A DNA stretch of 64,000 nucleotides. It comes from Candidatus Altiarchaeota archaeon. Lineage in GTDB: Archaea > Altiarchaeota > Altiarchaeia > IMC4 > SCGC-AAA252-I15. Positions 8,572 to 18,937 of this stretch are shown here, one piece after another (the first letter of the stretch is position 1; the number at the start of each line of letters is the position of its first letter). The notes beneath the pieces are model-generated. The model saw only the letters and a list, made by a program, of their open reading frames with translations. It did no database searches and was not told the origin of the DNA. The translations under genes were made by a program, and so were the position numbers. The stretch is taken from positions 96,001 to 160,000 of the forward strand of contig JAZDNF010000013.1 of assembly GCA_043800255.1 (NCBI GenBank), read 5' to 3'.

Positions 8572-10069
8572 CTCTTAGTACCTCGTAGACAGAATAGTGA
8601 TCATCTAATGAATATCTCTCTCTAAATCTATTTCGATTCGATTTTAAAATATCTTTATAAGCTAGGTTGGCATCGGGGCTATAATACCCTCCCAATACGA
8701 TATACATCCCACAGGTTATATTTGATCTTTTTATTGCTTCCAAAGAGTATTCTGAGAAGTCAATTGATTTTCTATCGGAGTAAAGATACATGTAAAATGG
8801 TCGATCAGATATCACAATGTCACTTTCATTCGTGTTCTCTTGAATCCATTTTGCAAGAGTTATGTAGTTTTCTGTCGAGTCTGGATTTTTAGACTTGTGA
8901 TTCACTACAGATAAAGTTATCGAAAACCCTAACGCTGAGACAATTATAAGTAAGAGTATGATTTCATAAAGCAGCATCGATGCAACCTTTTGATTCAGTA
9001 TTTTTATACTCCTTAAACCGCTAATAAAGTAGATTATGAAAAACAGTAATACAGGTAGTAGAAGTCGACCATTACCCGTTACCCTGTGCTCGATTATTAT
9101 GCTAACCAAGTAGACGATAGTGATTATCTCAAATAGAGTTATGTTTTTCTTTGCAGTAGTGTATAGACCGTACGACATAACAATGCTTATCAAACATCCA
9201 GAGACAAGTAATAGATTGTTAAGGGAGAGTAACGGTAGACTAAATGAGATTGACATTGGGTAAAGGTATACTAAAAGATTGAACAAAGGGAACAAATTTA
9301 GGGGTACATAATAAAAGAAGTAGCCTATAAACCTCTCTAGCAGTATTCTGAAAAAATCGAGGGATAAGATGCCTCCTTCAGGTCCAAACTCATTGAGATC
9401 TATGGTAGGATTTGAATAATAGTTATGGGTATAAATGAGGTAGACTACAAAGAGAAGGACTAGCGCTCCAAATATGACCGCCTCCCTCGATTGTTTTTTA
9501 CCAATCGAGTACAAGAGCATTACAGTTAGTACAACTATCCCGACAATCCTAGTAAAAAGAAGAGGAATGAGAAAGAACAAAGAGTATATAAAATACCGTC
9601 TATCATTGGAGTTCTGATGTTGGTAGGTTAATGCCATAAACGTCAGGAAAAAGAAGAGGTAGGGTACGTCCGTCAGTATCTTTCGGGAATATATCATAAA
9701 CATAGGGCTGAGCGCCATTATGATAGTCGCGTATATTGCAACTCTCTCATCGAAAAATCTTCTAGAGATGAAGTAGATGATAGGTAGAGTTGCTATTGCA
9801 AAGAGAACAGTAATTAGCCTAGCAACAGAGTAACTGCCATTTGCAAACCAGAATACTGGAACAAGGATGATGGGATAAACTGGCAAAACCTGTTTCTCGA
9901 AGGGGTTAGCTGGGTGGGATATAAGCCGATAACCATTTTCTATGGATAGCGATTTAGCGAGCACTAAGTAGTAACCAGTATCTGGTTCAGCATATTCTAT
10001 CCCATTTATTGAGTATAGATAGAGTAGAGAAATGATAGCAAACACCACGAACACAACATATTTTCTCAT
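8561..10069 (-). CDS. GT-C fold membrane glycosyltransferase (ArnT/PMT-like)
   Basis: EPDTGYYLVLAKSL after the first TM helix, P.YP motif, many TM helices, C-terminal soluble domain. Confidence 0.7.
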   Translation of the reverse strand: MRKYVVFVVFAIISLLYLYSINGIEYAEPDTGYYLVLAKSLSIENGYRLISHPANPFEKQVLPVYPIILVPVFWFANGSYSVARLITVLFAIATLPIIYFISRRFFDERVAIYATIIMALSPMFMIYSRKILTDVPYLFFFLTFMALTYQHQNSNDRRYFIYSLFFLIPLLFTRIVGIVVLTVMLLYSIGKKQSREAVIFGALVLLFVVYLIYTHNYYSNPTIDLNEFGPEGGILSLDFFRILLERFIGYFFYYVPLNLFPLFNLLVYLYPMSISFSLPLLSLNNLLLVSGCLISIVMSYGLYTTAKKNITLFEIITIVYLVSIIIEHRVTGNGRLLLPVLLFFIIYFISGLRSIKILNQKVASMLLYEIILLLIIVSALGFSITLSVVNHKSKNPDSTENYITLAKWIQENTNESDIVISDRPFYMYLYSDRKSIDFSEYSLEAIKRSNITCGMYIVLGGYYSPDANLAYKDILKSNRNRFRERYSLDDHYSVYEVLRDVY

Positions 10070-10134
10070 TTTAAAGGTTAATTATAGATATATTAGCCTC
10101 CCATATAAGTTTAATGTTTTACTCTCGCCAGTAA

Positions 10135-10345
10135 CCTGCTCTAGATTTAGTGGCTGATGAACATGCATGTCTACCCGCACGTGAAATTCGCAAAACTCCG
10201 CGAAGACGGCACAATAGAACCGCCGAACAAACTAACGCTAAAGTACATTGTAACACACTACTTCAGAGTGGGGGGTCAGGGTCATAATTGTATTGTATAG
10301 CATAACAACGATTTTCGATACTAGTGGTGGTGTTTGTACCTTAGG
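10135..10345 (+). repeat. Degenerate direct duplicate (pseudogene fragment) of the aglH 3' end (about 5966-6177)
   Basis: ACTCCGCGAAGACGGCACAATAGAACC and flanks match 5966-6100. The copy encodes WLMNMHVYPHVKFAKLREDGTIEPPNKLTLKYIVTHYFRV, with upstream stops and a downstream indel. Confidence 0.9.
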
Positions 10346-10403
10346 ATATTGTTTTTTACTATTATTTGACATATTTAGAGTATACTCGGACTGTATATAG
10401 AAC

Positions 10404-11528
10404 ATGGAAATCTGCTCAAGATGTGTTTTAGACACCACTGTTCCTGAGATACAATTCGATGAGAATGGAGTCTGCCAGTACTGTAAAATCCACGATGAGA
10501 TGGAGAAAATCTACCCACTTGGTGCGGAGGGGAAAATTAAGTTGGATAGGATTGTTGAGAAGATTAAGCGGAAGGGGAGGGGCGGAGAGCATGACTGTAT
10601 TGTCGGGGTTAGCGGTGGCCGGGACAGCACGTATACTCTCTATTTGGCAAAAAAGTTGGGTCTCAGGCCATTGGCTGTACACTTTGACAACGGTTGGAAT
10701 TCTGAGATAGCTGTCCGCAATATCCAGAGGGCAACAACTAAACTTGGTGTGGACTTGCATACTGTCGTAGCAGACTGGGAGGAGTTCAAAGACCTTCAGA
10801 TATCATTCCTGAAAGCTTCGGTACCCGATGCAGAAGTGCCAACAGACTGGGCTATATACTCAGTGTTGTTTAAAGTAGCCTCTGAAGAGAACATAAAGTA
10901 TGTCCTGCAGGGGCACTCATTCCGTACTGAGGGAACATCCCCCATAGGGTGGACGTATATGGATGGCAAGTACATCAACAGCGTCCAGAAGAGATTCGGA
11001 ACGAAGAAGATCACAAGCTTTCCAATTATGACGATGCCACATCTCGTGTATTACATGTTCGTAATGAAAATCAAGGAGGTTCGCCCTCTTGAGTATGTGA
11101 AATACAATCAGAAAGAGATTAACAAAATCCTGGAGAAGGAATTGGGTTGGGAGTACTACGGCGGCCACCATCATGAGTCCACGTATACTCACTTCTTTCA
11201 GTCATATATTCTCCCGAAAAAATTCAACATTGACAAGAGGAAGACGGAATACTCTGCGCTTGTTCGTTCGGGCCAGATGGGGAGGGAGGACGCCATTAGT
11301 GAGATAAGAGACCATCTCTATCCTGAGAATCCTGAGCTCATAGACTATTGCACGAAGAAACTCGGGCTAAGCCTAGAGGAGTTTGAGGCTATCATGGCTA
11401 AGCCTCCGAAAAGCTTCGGAGACTATCCCACGTACCATCCTTTGATACAATCGACGAGGATCCTGATAAGGATAGCATGTGATTTTCACTTGTTGCCGAG
11501 GATATTATATCTGAAGTATGCACTATAG
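10404..11528 (+). CDS. N-acetyl sugar amidotransferase (WbuX/WbpG/PseA/AglX-like)
   Basis: CSRC...CQYC, PP-loop SGGRDS, FDNGWNSE. Confidence 0.88.
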   Translation: MEICSRCVLDTTVPEIQFDENGVCQYCKIHDEMEKIYPLGAEGKIKLDRIVEKIKRKGRGGEHDCIVGVSGGRDSTYTLYLAKKLGLRPLAVHFDNGWNSEIAVRNIQRATTKLGVDLHTVVADWEEFKDLQISFLKASVPDAEVPTDWAIYSVLFKVASEENIKYVLQGHSFRTEGTSPIGWTYMDGKYINSVQKRFGTKKITSFPIMTMPHLVYYMFVMKIKEVRPLEYVKYNQKEINKILEKELGWEYYGGHHHESTYTHFFQSYILPKKFNIDKRKTEYSALVRSGQMGREDAISEIRDHLYPENPELIDYCTKKLGLSLEEFEAIMAKPPKSFGDYPTYHPLIQSTRILIRIACDFHLLPRILYLKYAL

Positions 11529-11537
11529 GAGGAGGAG

Positions 11538-12152
11538 ATGATCGTTATAGTGGATTATGGTGTTGGTAACCTGAGTTCTGTCTCCCATAAGATGGGTAAA
11601 CTCAAAATTGACGCAATAATCTCCGATGACGTTAAAACGTTGATGGATGCGGACAAGATTATCCTGCCGGGTGTGGGGTCATTCGCTGCAGGTATGGGAA
11701 ACTTAAGAGAGCTGGGACTAATCGAGATTTTAAAGAGAAAAGTTGTGGAGGAGAGAACTCCCATCCTAGGCATATGTTTGGGGATGCAACTTTTTTCCAA
11801 ACACAGTGAAGAAGGCGACGCGGATGGCCTGGGTTGGGTTGATTGTGAGACAAAAAAGTTCGTCTTCGACGATGGCAAGAAACTTCGAGTGCCGCATGTT
11901 GGTTGGAACACGCTTAGTGTGGTTAAAGACAGCCCCCTATTGGATTCTGTTCCGGCTGACATGACGTTTTATTTCACGCATTCCTATCACCTGAGTTGCA
12001 GAGAAAAGGATATTCTTATAGCCACTACAGCGTATGGTTATGATTTTCCTTCGGTGATTCAAAAGGACAATATATTTGGAGTTCAATTTCACCCGGAAAA
12101 AAGCCATAAAAGAGGCATGCAAATAATAAAGAATTTTGTTGATTTGATATGA
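11538..12152 (+). CDS. HisH-like glutamine amidotransferase (WbuY/AglY-like)
   Basis: DYGVGN, GICLG and FHPEK triad; glycan-cluster context. Confidence 0.88.
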   Translation: MIVIVDYGVGNLSSVSHKMGKLKIDAIISDDVKTLMDADKIILPGVGSFAAGMGNLRELGLIEILKRKVVEERTPILGICLGMQLFSKHSEEGDADGLGWVDCETKKFVFDDGKKLRVPHVGWNTLSVVKDSPLLDSVPADMTFYFTHSYHLSCREKDILIATTAYGYDFPSVIQKDNIFGVQFHPEKSHKRGMQIIKNFVDLI

Positions 12153-12925
12153 TGACACCCAGAGTAATCCCTGCCCTGCTCTTGAAAGGGACGGGTCTTG
12201 TGAAAGGGATTAATTTTAAGAATCACAGATACGTTGGAGATCCTATAAACGCGGTGAGGATTTTCAACACTAAGGAGGTAGATGAACTCGTCTTCCTTGA
12301 CATTTCTGCCACGCAGGAGGGCAGGACTATCAGTCTGGACGTTGTCAGCCAGATTGCGGACGAATGTTACATGCCTTTCGCCGTTGGCGGGGGTATCAAC
12401 TCTGTCGAACAGATTAGAAGATTGCTGTACGCGGGAGCCGAAAAAGTCTGCATTAACACGGCAGCAATTGAAAATCCCGAATTGATTGAAAAAGCGTCGC
12501 AGATTTTTGGAAGTCAGAGCATCGTAGTATCGATAGACGTCAAACATAAACTCTTTAGAGGTTATGATACAGTAGTTCGCAGCGGTTCTAAATCAATTGA
12601 CCGTGATCCTGTTGACATGGCTGCTGAGGTTGAGAAGTTAGGTGCGGGCGAGATTTTACTAACTTCCATTGACAGAGAGGGGACTATGGAAGGCTACGAT
12701 ACTGAGATTATAAAACAAGTCTCTGACGTAGTTAATATACCTGTAATCGCCTGCGGCGGCGCGGGAAAATTACAGGACCTGTCTGATGCAATCACTATTG
12801 GAAACGCTTCAGCTGTCGCAGCAGGCAGCTTTTTCGTATTCCACGGTAAAAGACGTGCAGTACTAATTAATTTCCCTTCTAAGGAGGAGCTTGAGAGACT
12901 TTTTAATCAGGAAAGAGTAACATGA
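12149..12925 (+). CDS. HisF-like cyclase (WbuZ/AglZ/HisF2-like)
   Basis: RVIPALLL, YVGDPINAVRIFN, SIDREGT. Confidence 0.88.
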   Translation: MMTPRVIPALLLKGTGLVKGINFKNHRYVGDPINAVRIFNTKEVDELVFLDISATQEGRTISLDVVSQIADECYMPFAVGGGINSVEQIRRLLYAGAEKVCINTAAIENPELIEKASQIFGSQSIVVSIDVKHKLFRGYDTVVRSGSKSIDRDPVDMAAEVEKLGAGEILLTSIDREGTMEGYDTEIIKQVSDVVNIPVIACGGAGKLQDLSDAITIGNASAVAAGSFFVFHGKRRAVLINFPSKEELERLFNQERVT

Positions 12926-13944
12926 AAATCTTAGTAGATATAGGCCACCCAGCGCACGTACATTATTTCAAGAATTTTATTTGGTTAATGCAGAAAAAAG
13001 GTCATGAGTTTCTATTCACTGCAAGGGAGAGGCCAAACGTTTTCGACTTGCTTCGTGCGTACAATTTTGAGTATGTGAGCCGAGGCAAAGGCGCATCTAA
13101 TCTTCTGGGGAAGATAGCGTACATCCCAAAGGCGGATTTTCTGATCTATAAAACGGCAAAGAAATTCAAGGCAGACCGGTTTATGAGTTTCAGCTCCATG
13201 TATGCTGCCCAAGCTTCTAAGATGCTAGGCAAACCCTGCATCACCTTTGACGATACGGAACACTCGACATTAGAGCATAGACTGTACGCTCCATTCTCGG
13301 ATATAATCTGCACTCCAACTTGTTTTAGAAAGGATTTTGGACAAAAGCATGTGCGCTTCAACGGTTATATGGAACTTTGTTATCTCCACCCCAGATACTT
13401 TAAGCCGAATCCTGCTGTGCTGGAGGAAGTAAACCTCGACCAGGAGGATAAGTTCTTTATCCTCAGATTTGTCTCCTGGAAGGCTGGGCATGATGTTGGA
13501 CAAAAAGGCTTCAGCGTGGAGGCGAAACTAAAGCTTATAAAAGAGATGGAGAAACATGGTAGAGTCCTAATATCCTCTGAGGAACAACTATCAAAAGATT
13601 TGGAAAAATACAGGGCACCAATTACTCCCGAGAAGATGCATGATTTATTGTACTATGCGACAATGTTCGTAGGTGAGGGAGCAACAATGGCAAGCGAATC
13701 AGCAGTATTAGGAACACCTTCGATCTACGTCAACACACTAAATCTCAGTTACCTGGAAGAGCAGGAGGAGAGGTATGGATTAACATATAATTTCTCAGAA
13801 GCCACTCCAGCGCTGGAAAAAATAATTGAATTGCTCAAAAACAATAATTTGAAAGGAGAGTGGCAAAAGAGGAGGGAGAAACTAATAAAGGAAAAAATCG
13901 ACGTGACAGAGTGGATGGTAGAATTCGTTGAGAATTTCAGGTGA
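12922..13944 (+). CDS. DUF354 family protein (GT-B-like)
   Basis: MKILVDIGHPAHVHYFK, DDTEH, GEGATMASESAVLGTP. Confidence 0.8.
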   Translation: MKILVDIGHPAHVHYFKNFIWLMQKKGHEFLFTARERPNVFDLLRAYNFEYVSRGKGASNLLGKIAYIPKADFLIYKTAKKFKADRFMSFSSMYAAQASKMLGKPCITFDDTEHSTLEHRLYAPFSDIICTPTCFRKDFGQKHVRFNGYMELCYLHPRYFKPNPAVLEEVNLDQEDKFFILRFVSWKAGHDVGQKGFSVEAKLKLIKEMEKHGRVLISSEEQLSKDLEKYRAPITPEKMHDLLYYATMFVGEGATMASESAVLGTPSIYVNTLNLSYLEEQEERYGLTYNFSEATPALEKIIELLKNNNLKGEWQKRREKLIKEKIDVTEWMVEFVENFR

Positions 13945-13950
13945 GATTAG

Positions 13951-15789
13951 ATGTGTGGTATTTGCGGATTTAATTGGACTGGCAACGAAAAAATCAGGCT
14001 GATGATGGAAAAACTCCACCATCGAGGACCAGATGATGACGGAGTTCTCGCAGGTAGGAATGTAACGCTTGGGCACAGGAGATTATCGATAATAGACTTG
14101 TCTGAACTGGGACATCAACCGATGAATGACTCGGCTGGCAGGTACACAATCGTCTATAATGGAGAGGTATACAATTTTGAGGAATTACGAGAATCCCTCA
14201 AGAGGAGAGGGTATAAGTTTGTCTCAGACACAGATACGGAGGTAGTTCTCTACGCATATATCGAATATGGAGAAAAATCTCTGGACATGTTCAATGGCAT
14301 GTTTGCATTTTGCATATACGATCGAGAAAAAGATAGTTTATTCTTAGCCAGAGACAGATTCGGCATCAAACCGTTGTACTACTTTTTCGATGGTACGCGA
14401 TTCATTTTCTCGTCGGAGATTCCCGCAATACTAGTACATGACATCAAAACAAAACCTAACAAAAGGGTTATCAGAGATTTCCTTTTGTACGATATAACCG
14501 ACCACACTGATGAAACATTCTTTGAAGGCATTAGGATATTCCCAAAAGGTCATTGCGCAACGTTTAACCTTAACGCTAATAAACTGAAGATAAAAAAGTG
14601 GTGGGTGAATGATTTCTCAAGAAAATCTAATATAGAGTACAATACCGCTGTCAACGAATTTAGAGAGCTTCTAAGGGACTCCGTGAACATCAGACTTATC
14701 AGCGACGTTCCTGTGGGAACGTGCCTGAGCGGGGGTATTGATTCTTCAGCTATCGCCTGTCTGATAAACGATTCCAAGAAAACAGAGATAACAACATTCT
14801 CAGCGGTTTTCCCAGGATTTAGTAGGGATGAATCACACTACATGGACACGGTTTGTGGTGTAACCGGTATGAAGAATGAACGAACATATCCAACTGCCGA
14901 AACCATACGAGACGATCTGTTTGAATTCGTGAAAGCTCATGGCGAACCGGTACCTGGGCCGGCACCGTACTCATCCTACTGCGTGTTCAAACTAGCGAAA
15001 AACGATAACGTCACTGTCCTCCTTAATGGGCAGGGTGCGGATGAACTACTGGCAGGGTATCATTATTTTTATGGATTCTATCTGAAAGGCCTGCTAAAAA
15101 GATTGGCACTTAAACGCTTCTTGTTTGAACTTCTCAGCCTACTACACAGTCGTGAATCCAAACTCGCCCTTCTATCTCTGATATATCTCAACATGCCCAG
15201 AAGACTGCAACGTAACTACTTTGCAAGAAAATCGAATATTAACAAGAACCTTTTAAAGGCAAGAGGGACTGATTTTTTTGAAAAATATTATTCATGTTCC
15301 AACCTCAAAGATACACTTAAGTTCCATATCGAACATAAACTGGAACACCTGTTGAAATGGGAAGACCGCAACTCAATGGCTCACTCAAGAGAGGCTAGGG
15401 TACCATTCTTAGATTATCGAATTGTAAAATTTATACAACGAATGCCTGAGGAGTATATAATACGCATGGGTCTGACAAAATCCATCCTAAGAGATGCTAT
15501 GCGGGAGGTGATTCCCAGCTTAATATTGGATAGAAAAGACAAGATAGGTTTCGACACGCCTGAAGATGAGTGGCTCAGAGAGGAGAACATGAAGAACCTT
15601 GTATATAACCTCTTTGTTGACAACGACCCGGCAAGTATTGACTATATAGACATCAAGAAAACTAGAGCAATCATAGCCAACCACACCTCAAAAAAAGTCA
15701 ATGAGGGTAGGATGCTATGGAGAACCCTCTTCCTTGAGATGTGGTTAAAGACATTCTTTAGCGATAAAAGGGGGTATGATATAAGATGA
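13951..15789 (+). CDS. asnB: Asparagine synthase-like amidotransferase (sugar carboxamide formation likely)
   Basis: MCGICG, HRRLSIID, LSGGIDSS, GQGADE, RVPFLD. Confidence 0.88.
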   Translation: MCGICGFNWTGNEKIRLMMEKLHHRGPDDDGVLAGRNVTLGHRRLSIIDLSELGHQPMNDSAGRYTIVYNGEVYNFEELRESLKRRGYKFVSDTDTEVVLYAYIEYGEKSLDMFNGMFAFCIYDREKDSLFLARDRFGIKPLYYFFDGTRFIFSSEIPAILVHDIKTKPNKRVIRDFLLYDITDHTDETFFEGIRIFPKGHCATFNLNANKLKIKKWWVNDFSRKSNIEYNTAVNEFRELLRDSVNIRLISDVPVGTCLSGGIDSSAIACLINDSKKTEITTFSAVFPGFSRDESHYMDTVCGVTGMKNERTYPTAETIRDDLFEFVKAHGEPVPGPAPYSSYCVFKLAKNDNVTVLLNGQGADELLAGYHYFYGFYLKGLLKRLALKRFLFELLSLLHSRESKLALLSLIYLNMPRRLQRNYFARKSNINKNLLKARGTDFFEKYYSCSNLKDTLKFHIEHKLEHLLKWEDRNSMAHSREARVPFLDYRIVKFIQRMPEEYIIRMGLTKSILRDAMREVIPSLILDRKDKIGFDTPEDEWLREENMKNLVYNLFVDNDPASIDYIDIKKTRAIIANHTSKKVNEGRMLWRTLFLEMWLKTFFSDKRGYDIR

Positions 15790-17276
15790 AGAGAGAACAC
15801 ATCGCCCTACTAACGCTAGTTCTGCTGAACATTATCATCCGTTTTCCGATAACACCACATGAACTTGGCGTAGATTCCTTTGTAATCCATAATATGGCAA
15901 GCTCTATATTAGAATATGGTTATGCAAAATGGATCGTGCATCCACTATCTTTTTTTGGCTTATACGCCTACTCTTATGCTTCGGGGATACCGTATCTGTT
16001 GGCTATATGTTCACTACTAACTGGGCTAGAGATGGAGTTGACGATATACGGAGTCTCCTTATTGCTGGGGATTACAGGTATGTTTACTGCCTTTAGCCTG
16101 GCGGGAGAATTCGACAAAAGTTTTGTTTTCAGACTCATAGTGGCATTTATTTTCTCATTATCTCCACTGGCTCTGAAATTCACTATCTGGACTATTTCAA
16201 CAAGAGGTCCATTTATTATGCTGCTGCCCCTTTTGATCTGGTGCTTTTTGAGGATGTATAAGGAGTATGACCCCAGATACCTGACCACAAGCATGATATT
16301 CTTTATTTTATTGGCATCTACGCATAAGATGTTTGCGTTAATATTCTTGATAATTGGAGCGTATATTATTGCATTTTGGCTGTCAAAAATAACAAGAGGG
16401 GGTAACATGAAACATTCGATATACTTGTTCTCTTTTCTTTTCCTCTTTCTTTTTCTCATTCAGTTTTTTTTAAACGACGCTAGATGGGCGATAAGGTACA
16501 CCCCCTTCTTGGGGCGAGGATGGTATGACTATTTAATTGCTACTGTTTTTGAAATATCAGCAAGACTTGGTTTTTTAATGCCACTCACACTTATAGGATT
16601 GGTATATTTAGTATCTAGTGGAAATGGATCCAAAGAGTGTTGGTTTTTGATAATTGTTGTTTTAATATTCACGCCGTTACTAAATCAGGTCATGTACTTT
16701 TACCAAACACTCTTGCCCTTCTTTTCCATATTATCGGCTTTTGGAATTATTTATCTCCTCGGTATTTTGGATAGACTGATCAACCGACGGTATTCAATTA
16801 CCTTGATATTAATTGCCATCACTTGCTTTTCACTTTTTACCCTTATAGTGAGATACACAAACAAGGACCAGTACGGGTATAGTAATTACATGTTAAAATC
16901 AACTTATTCTTTAGCAGAGTTCATACAGAAGGATACAGAGGACAACATGATTTTTGGATCGGATATAGGTAGAGTATCTGCCTTTGTTACAAATCCAAGC
17001 CCCCCCATAGAAGAACCAGAATATTTTATTTATGATTTTTTAGATGAAAGAAATCTAAAAGTTATTAGAAAACCAATTCCTAGATCATTCAACGAGATTC
17101 TGAGTTTTGTAAGATACCCATACGGCGTTAAAAGACCAAGTTGGGGATATGAGGTAGAGTATATGTTAGGAAAAAAAGATGAACGAGTTAATTTTCCGGG
17201 TTACGATAGAGAAAATGTAGTATATGATAACGAGTTGGAGATCGTATGGGATTCTCAACGCAGCGATAGCATTTAA
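15786..17276 (+). CDS. Multi-TM membrane protein, GT-C/polymerase-like
   Basis: About 11 TM segments, HELGVDSF loop after TM1. Confidence 0.55.
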   Translation: MKREHIALLTLVLLNIIIRFPITPHELGVDSFVIHNMASSILEYGYAKWIVHPLSFFGLYAYSYASGIPYLLAICSLLTGLEMELTIYGVSLLLGITGMFTAFSLAGEFDKSFVFRLIVAFIFSLSPLALKFTIWTISTRGPFIMLLPLLIWCFLRMYKEYDPRYLTTSMIFFILLASTHKMFALIFLIIGAYIIAFWLSKITRGGNMKHSIYLFSFLFLFLFLIQFFLNDARWAIRYTPFLGRGWYDYLIATVFEISARLGFLMPLTLIGLVYLVSSGNGSKECWFLIIVVLIFTPLLNQVMYFYQTLLPFFSILSAFGIIYLLGILDRLINRRYSITLILIAITCFSLFTLIVRYTNKDQYGYSNYMLKSTYSLAEFIQKDTEDNMIFGSDIGRVSAFVTNPSPPIEEPEYFIYDFLDERNLKVIRKPIPRSFNEILSFVRYPYGVKRPSWGYEVEYMLGKKDERVNFPGYDRENVVYDNELEIVWDSQRSDSI

Positions 17277-17281
17277 CAAGG

Positions 17282-17881
17282 ATGATGGATGACTCAGAAA
17301 AACATAGGTTCGATAAGATTAGGGAGTTTGCGAGTAAACATGTTAGTAAAGACTCGCGTGTATTGAATGCTGGTTCGTCCGACGGACAAGTGCTCGACAA
17401 CCTCAGATTGGATAACGTAGTAAACGTCGATATCAGAAAAAATAACCTCAAAAATTTCATTTTGGGAGATTGCCACGAATTACCTTTTAAGGATGACATA
17501 TTCGACTTGTGCATATTCACGGAGGTTCTGGCTTTTGTTCAAGACCCACTCAGAGTTATCCGTGAAATCCAAAGAACAAGCAAAAAAGTTCTCGTTACAA
17601 GCCCTAACAATACAACACTCAGAAAAGGATTGTGGTTATTGCGAGGAAAGACGTACTGGAGATCTGGAAATGTCACTAAAAATGTTTTCTGGAGGGAGTA
17701 CAATTGGAACGAAACAAAAAAGATGTTTGAGGATAACGGATTCCAACTGGTTCACGGAGAGGGCATTGGTTTTATAATAGGCAAACCAAAATATCTACAT
17801 TTGGAGAGATTAGAAAACGTATATCCGAGATTACTATCGAGTAAGGTGTTAATGTTGTTTGAAAGGGAAAAATTATCTTGA
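17282..17881 (+). CDS. Class I SAM-dependent methyltransferase
   Basis: VLNAGSSDG, LPFKDDIFD. Confidence 0.75.
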   Translation: MMDDSEKHRFDKIREFASKHVSKDSRVLNAGSSDGQVLDNLRLDNVVNVDIRKNNLKNFILGDCHELPFKDDIFDLCIFTEVLAFVQDPLRVIREIQRTSKKVLVTSPNNTTLRKGLWLLRGKTYWRSGNVTKNVFWREYNWNETKKMFEDNGFQLVHGEGIGFIIGKPKYLHLERLENVYPRLLSSKVLMLFEREKLS

Positions 17882-18934
17882 ATGAAAACTGCGTTGATAA
17901 CAGGTATAACAGGACAGGATGGGGCATATCTGGCAAATTTTTTACTTGAACAGAGATATGAAGTGTATGGTACCTTTAGACGACTTTCCACACCTAATTT
18001 CTGGAGACTTCAATACCTAGATATATTCGACAAAGTTGGACTTATACCCGCAGACCTCATTGATTCTGCATCGCTTATAGAAGCTATAAAAATATCAAAG
18101 CCTGATGAGGTATACCATCTCGCTGCCCAGAGCTTTGTTGGAGCATCATTTGAGCAACCTGTTGGTGCAGGAAGTATAACTGGATTAGGAGTAACCAGAA
18201 TCCTTGAGGCCATAAGGGAGATAAATCCCAGAATAAAGTTTTACCAAGCATCTACAAGTGAGCTCTATGGAAAGGAAAATTCTAAACCCCAGGATGAGGA
18301 TACACCATTCAAACCTGCAAGCCCATATGCAGCAGCCAAACTTTACGCTTACTGGATTACGTCGATATATAGAAGAGGTTATGGGATATACGCATGCAAT
18401 GGCATACTCTTCAATCATGAATCACCATTAAGAGGATTGGAATTCGTGACAAGAAAGATAACTAACAGTGTAGCAAAGATATCTTTGGGCTTAGAGAAAA
18501 AACTCAAACTAGGTAACCTCAAGGCAAAAAGGGACTGGGGTTACGCTCCAGAGTATGTTGGGAGTATGTGGCTTATGTTACAGCAAAAACAACCAGACGA
18601 TTATGTGATAGCAACAAACGAAACACATTCTGTCAAAGAATTCGCTGAACGAGCATTTGACATTGTTGGTTTGGATTGGCAAGAACACATTGATATAGAT
18701 AAACGTTTCCTTAGACCACTTGACGTTGATGTTTTGCAGGGAGATTACTCTAAAGCAAAGAAAAAGTTGGGTTGGAGTCCAAAAGTGAAATTTAAGAAGC
18801 TGGTTGAGATTATGGTAAAAGAGGATTTAGGTAGATGGGAAAAATGGCAGAATGGTGAAAGATTTCCATGGGACGCACCAAATTACCCTAACGAATCAAG
18901 GATACTTTCTCGAAGTTTATCTCTAGACAGGTGA
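17882..18934 (+). CDS. gmd: GDP-mannose 4,6-dehydratase
   Basis: ITGITGQDGAYL, LAAQSFV, ASTSELYG, YAAAK, FNHESPLRG. Confidence 0.95.
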   Translation: MKTALITGITGQDGAYLANFLLEQRYEVYGTFRRLSTPNFWRLQYLDIFDKVGLIPADLIDSASLIEAIKISKPDEVYHLAAQSFVGASFEQPVGAGSITGLGVTRILEAIREINPRIKFYQASTSELYGKENSKPQDEDTPFKPASPYAAAKLYAYWITSIYRRGYGIYACNGILFNHESPLRGLEFVTRKITNSVAKISLGLEKKLKLGNLKAKRDWGYAPEYVGSMWLMLQQKQPDDYVIATNETHSVKEFAERAFDIVGLDWQEHIDIDKRFLRPLDVDVLQGDYSKAKKKLGWSPKVKFKKLVEIMVKEDLGRWEKWQNGERFPWDAPNYPNESRILSRSLSLDR

Positions 18935-18937
18935 TCT

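Noticed and set aside
11538-12925. hisH/hisF as histidine biosynthesis
   Set aside because: They follow a WbuX-type amidotransferase, have the HisF2-type YVGDPINAVRIFN signature, and no other his genes are present
13951-15789. asnB as a housekeeping asparagine synthetase
   Set aside because: Its position inside a glycan operon fits the sugar-amidating paralogs better; the symbol is used for the family only
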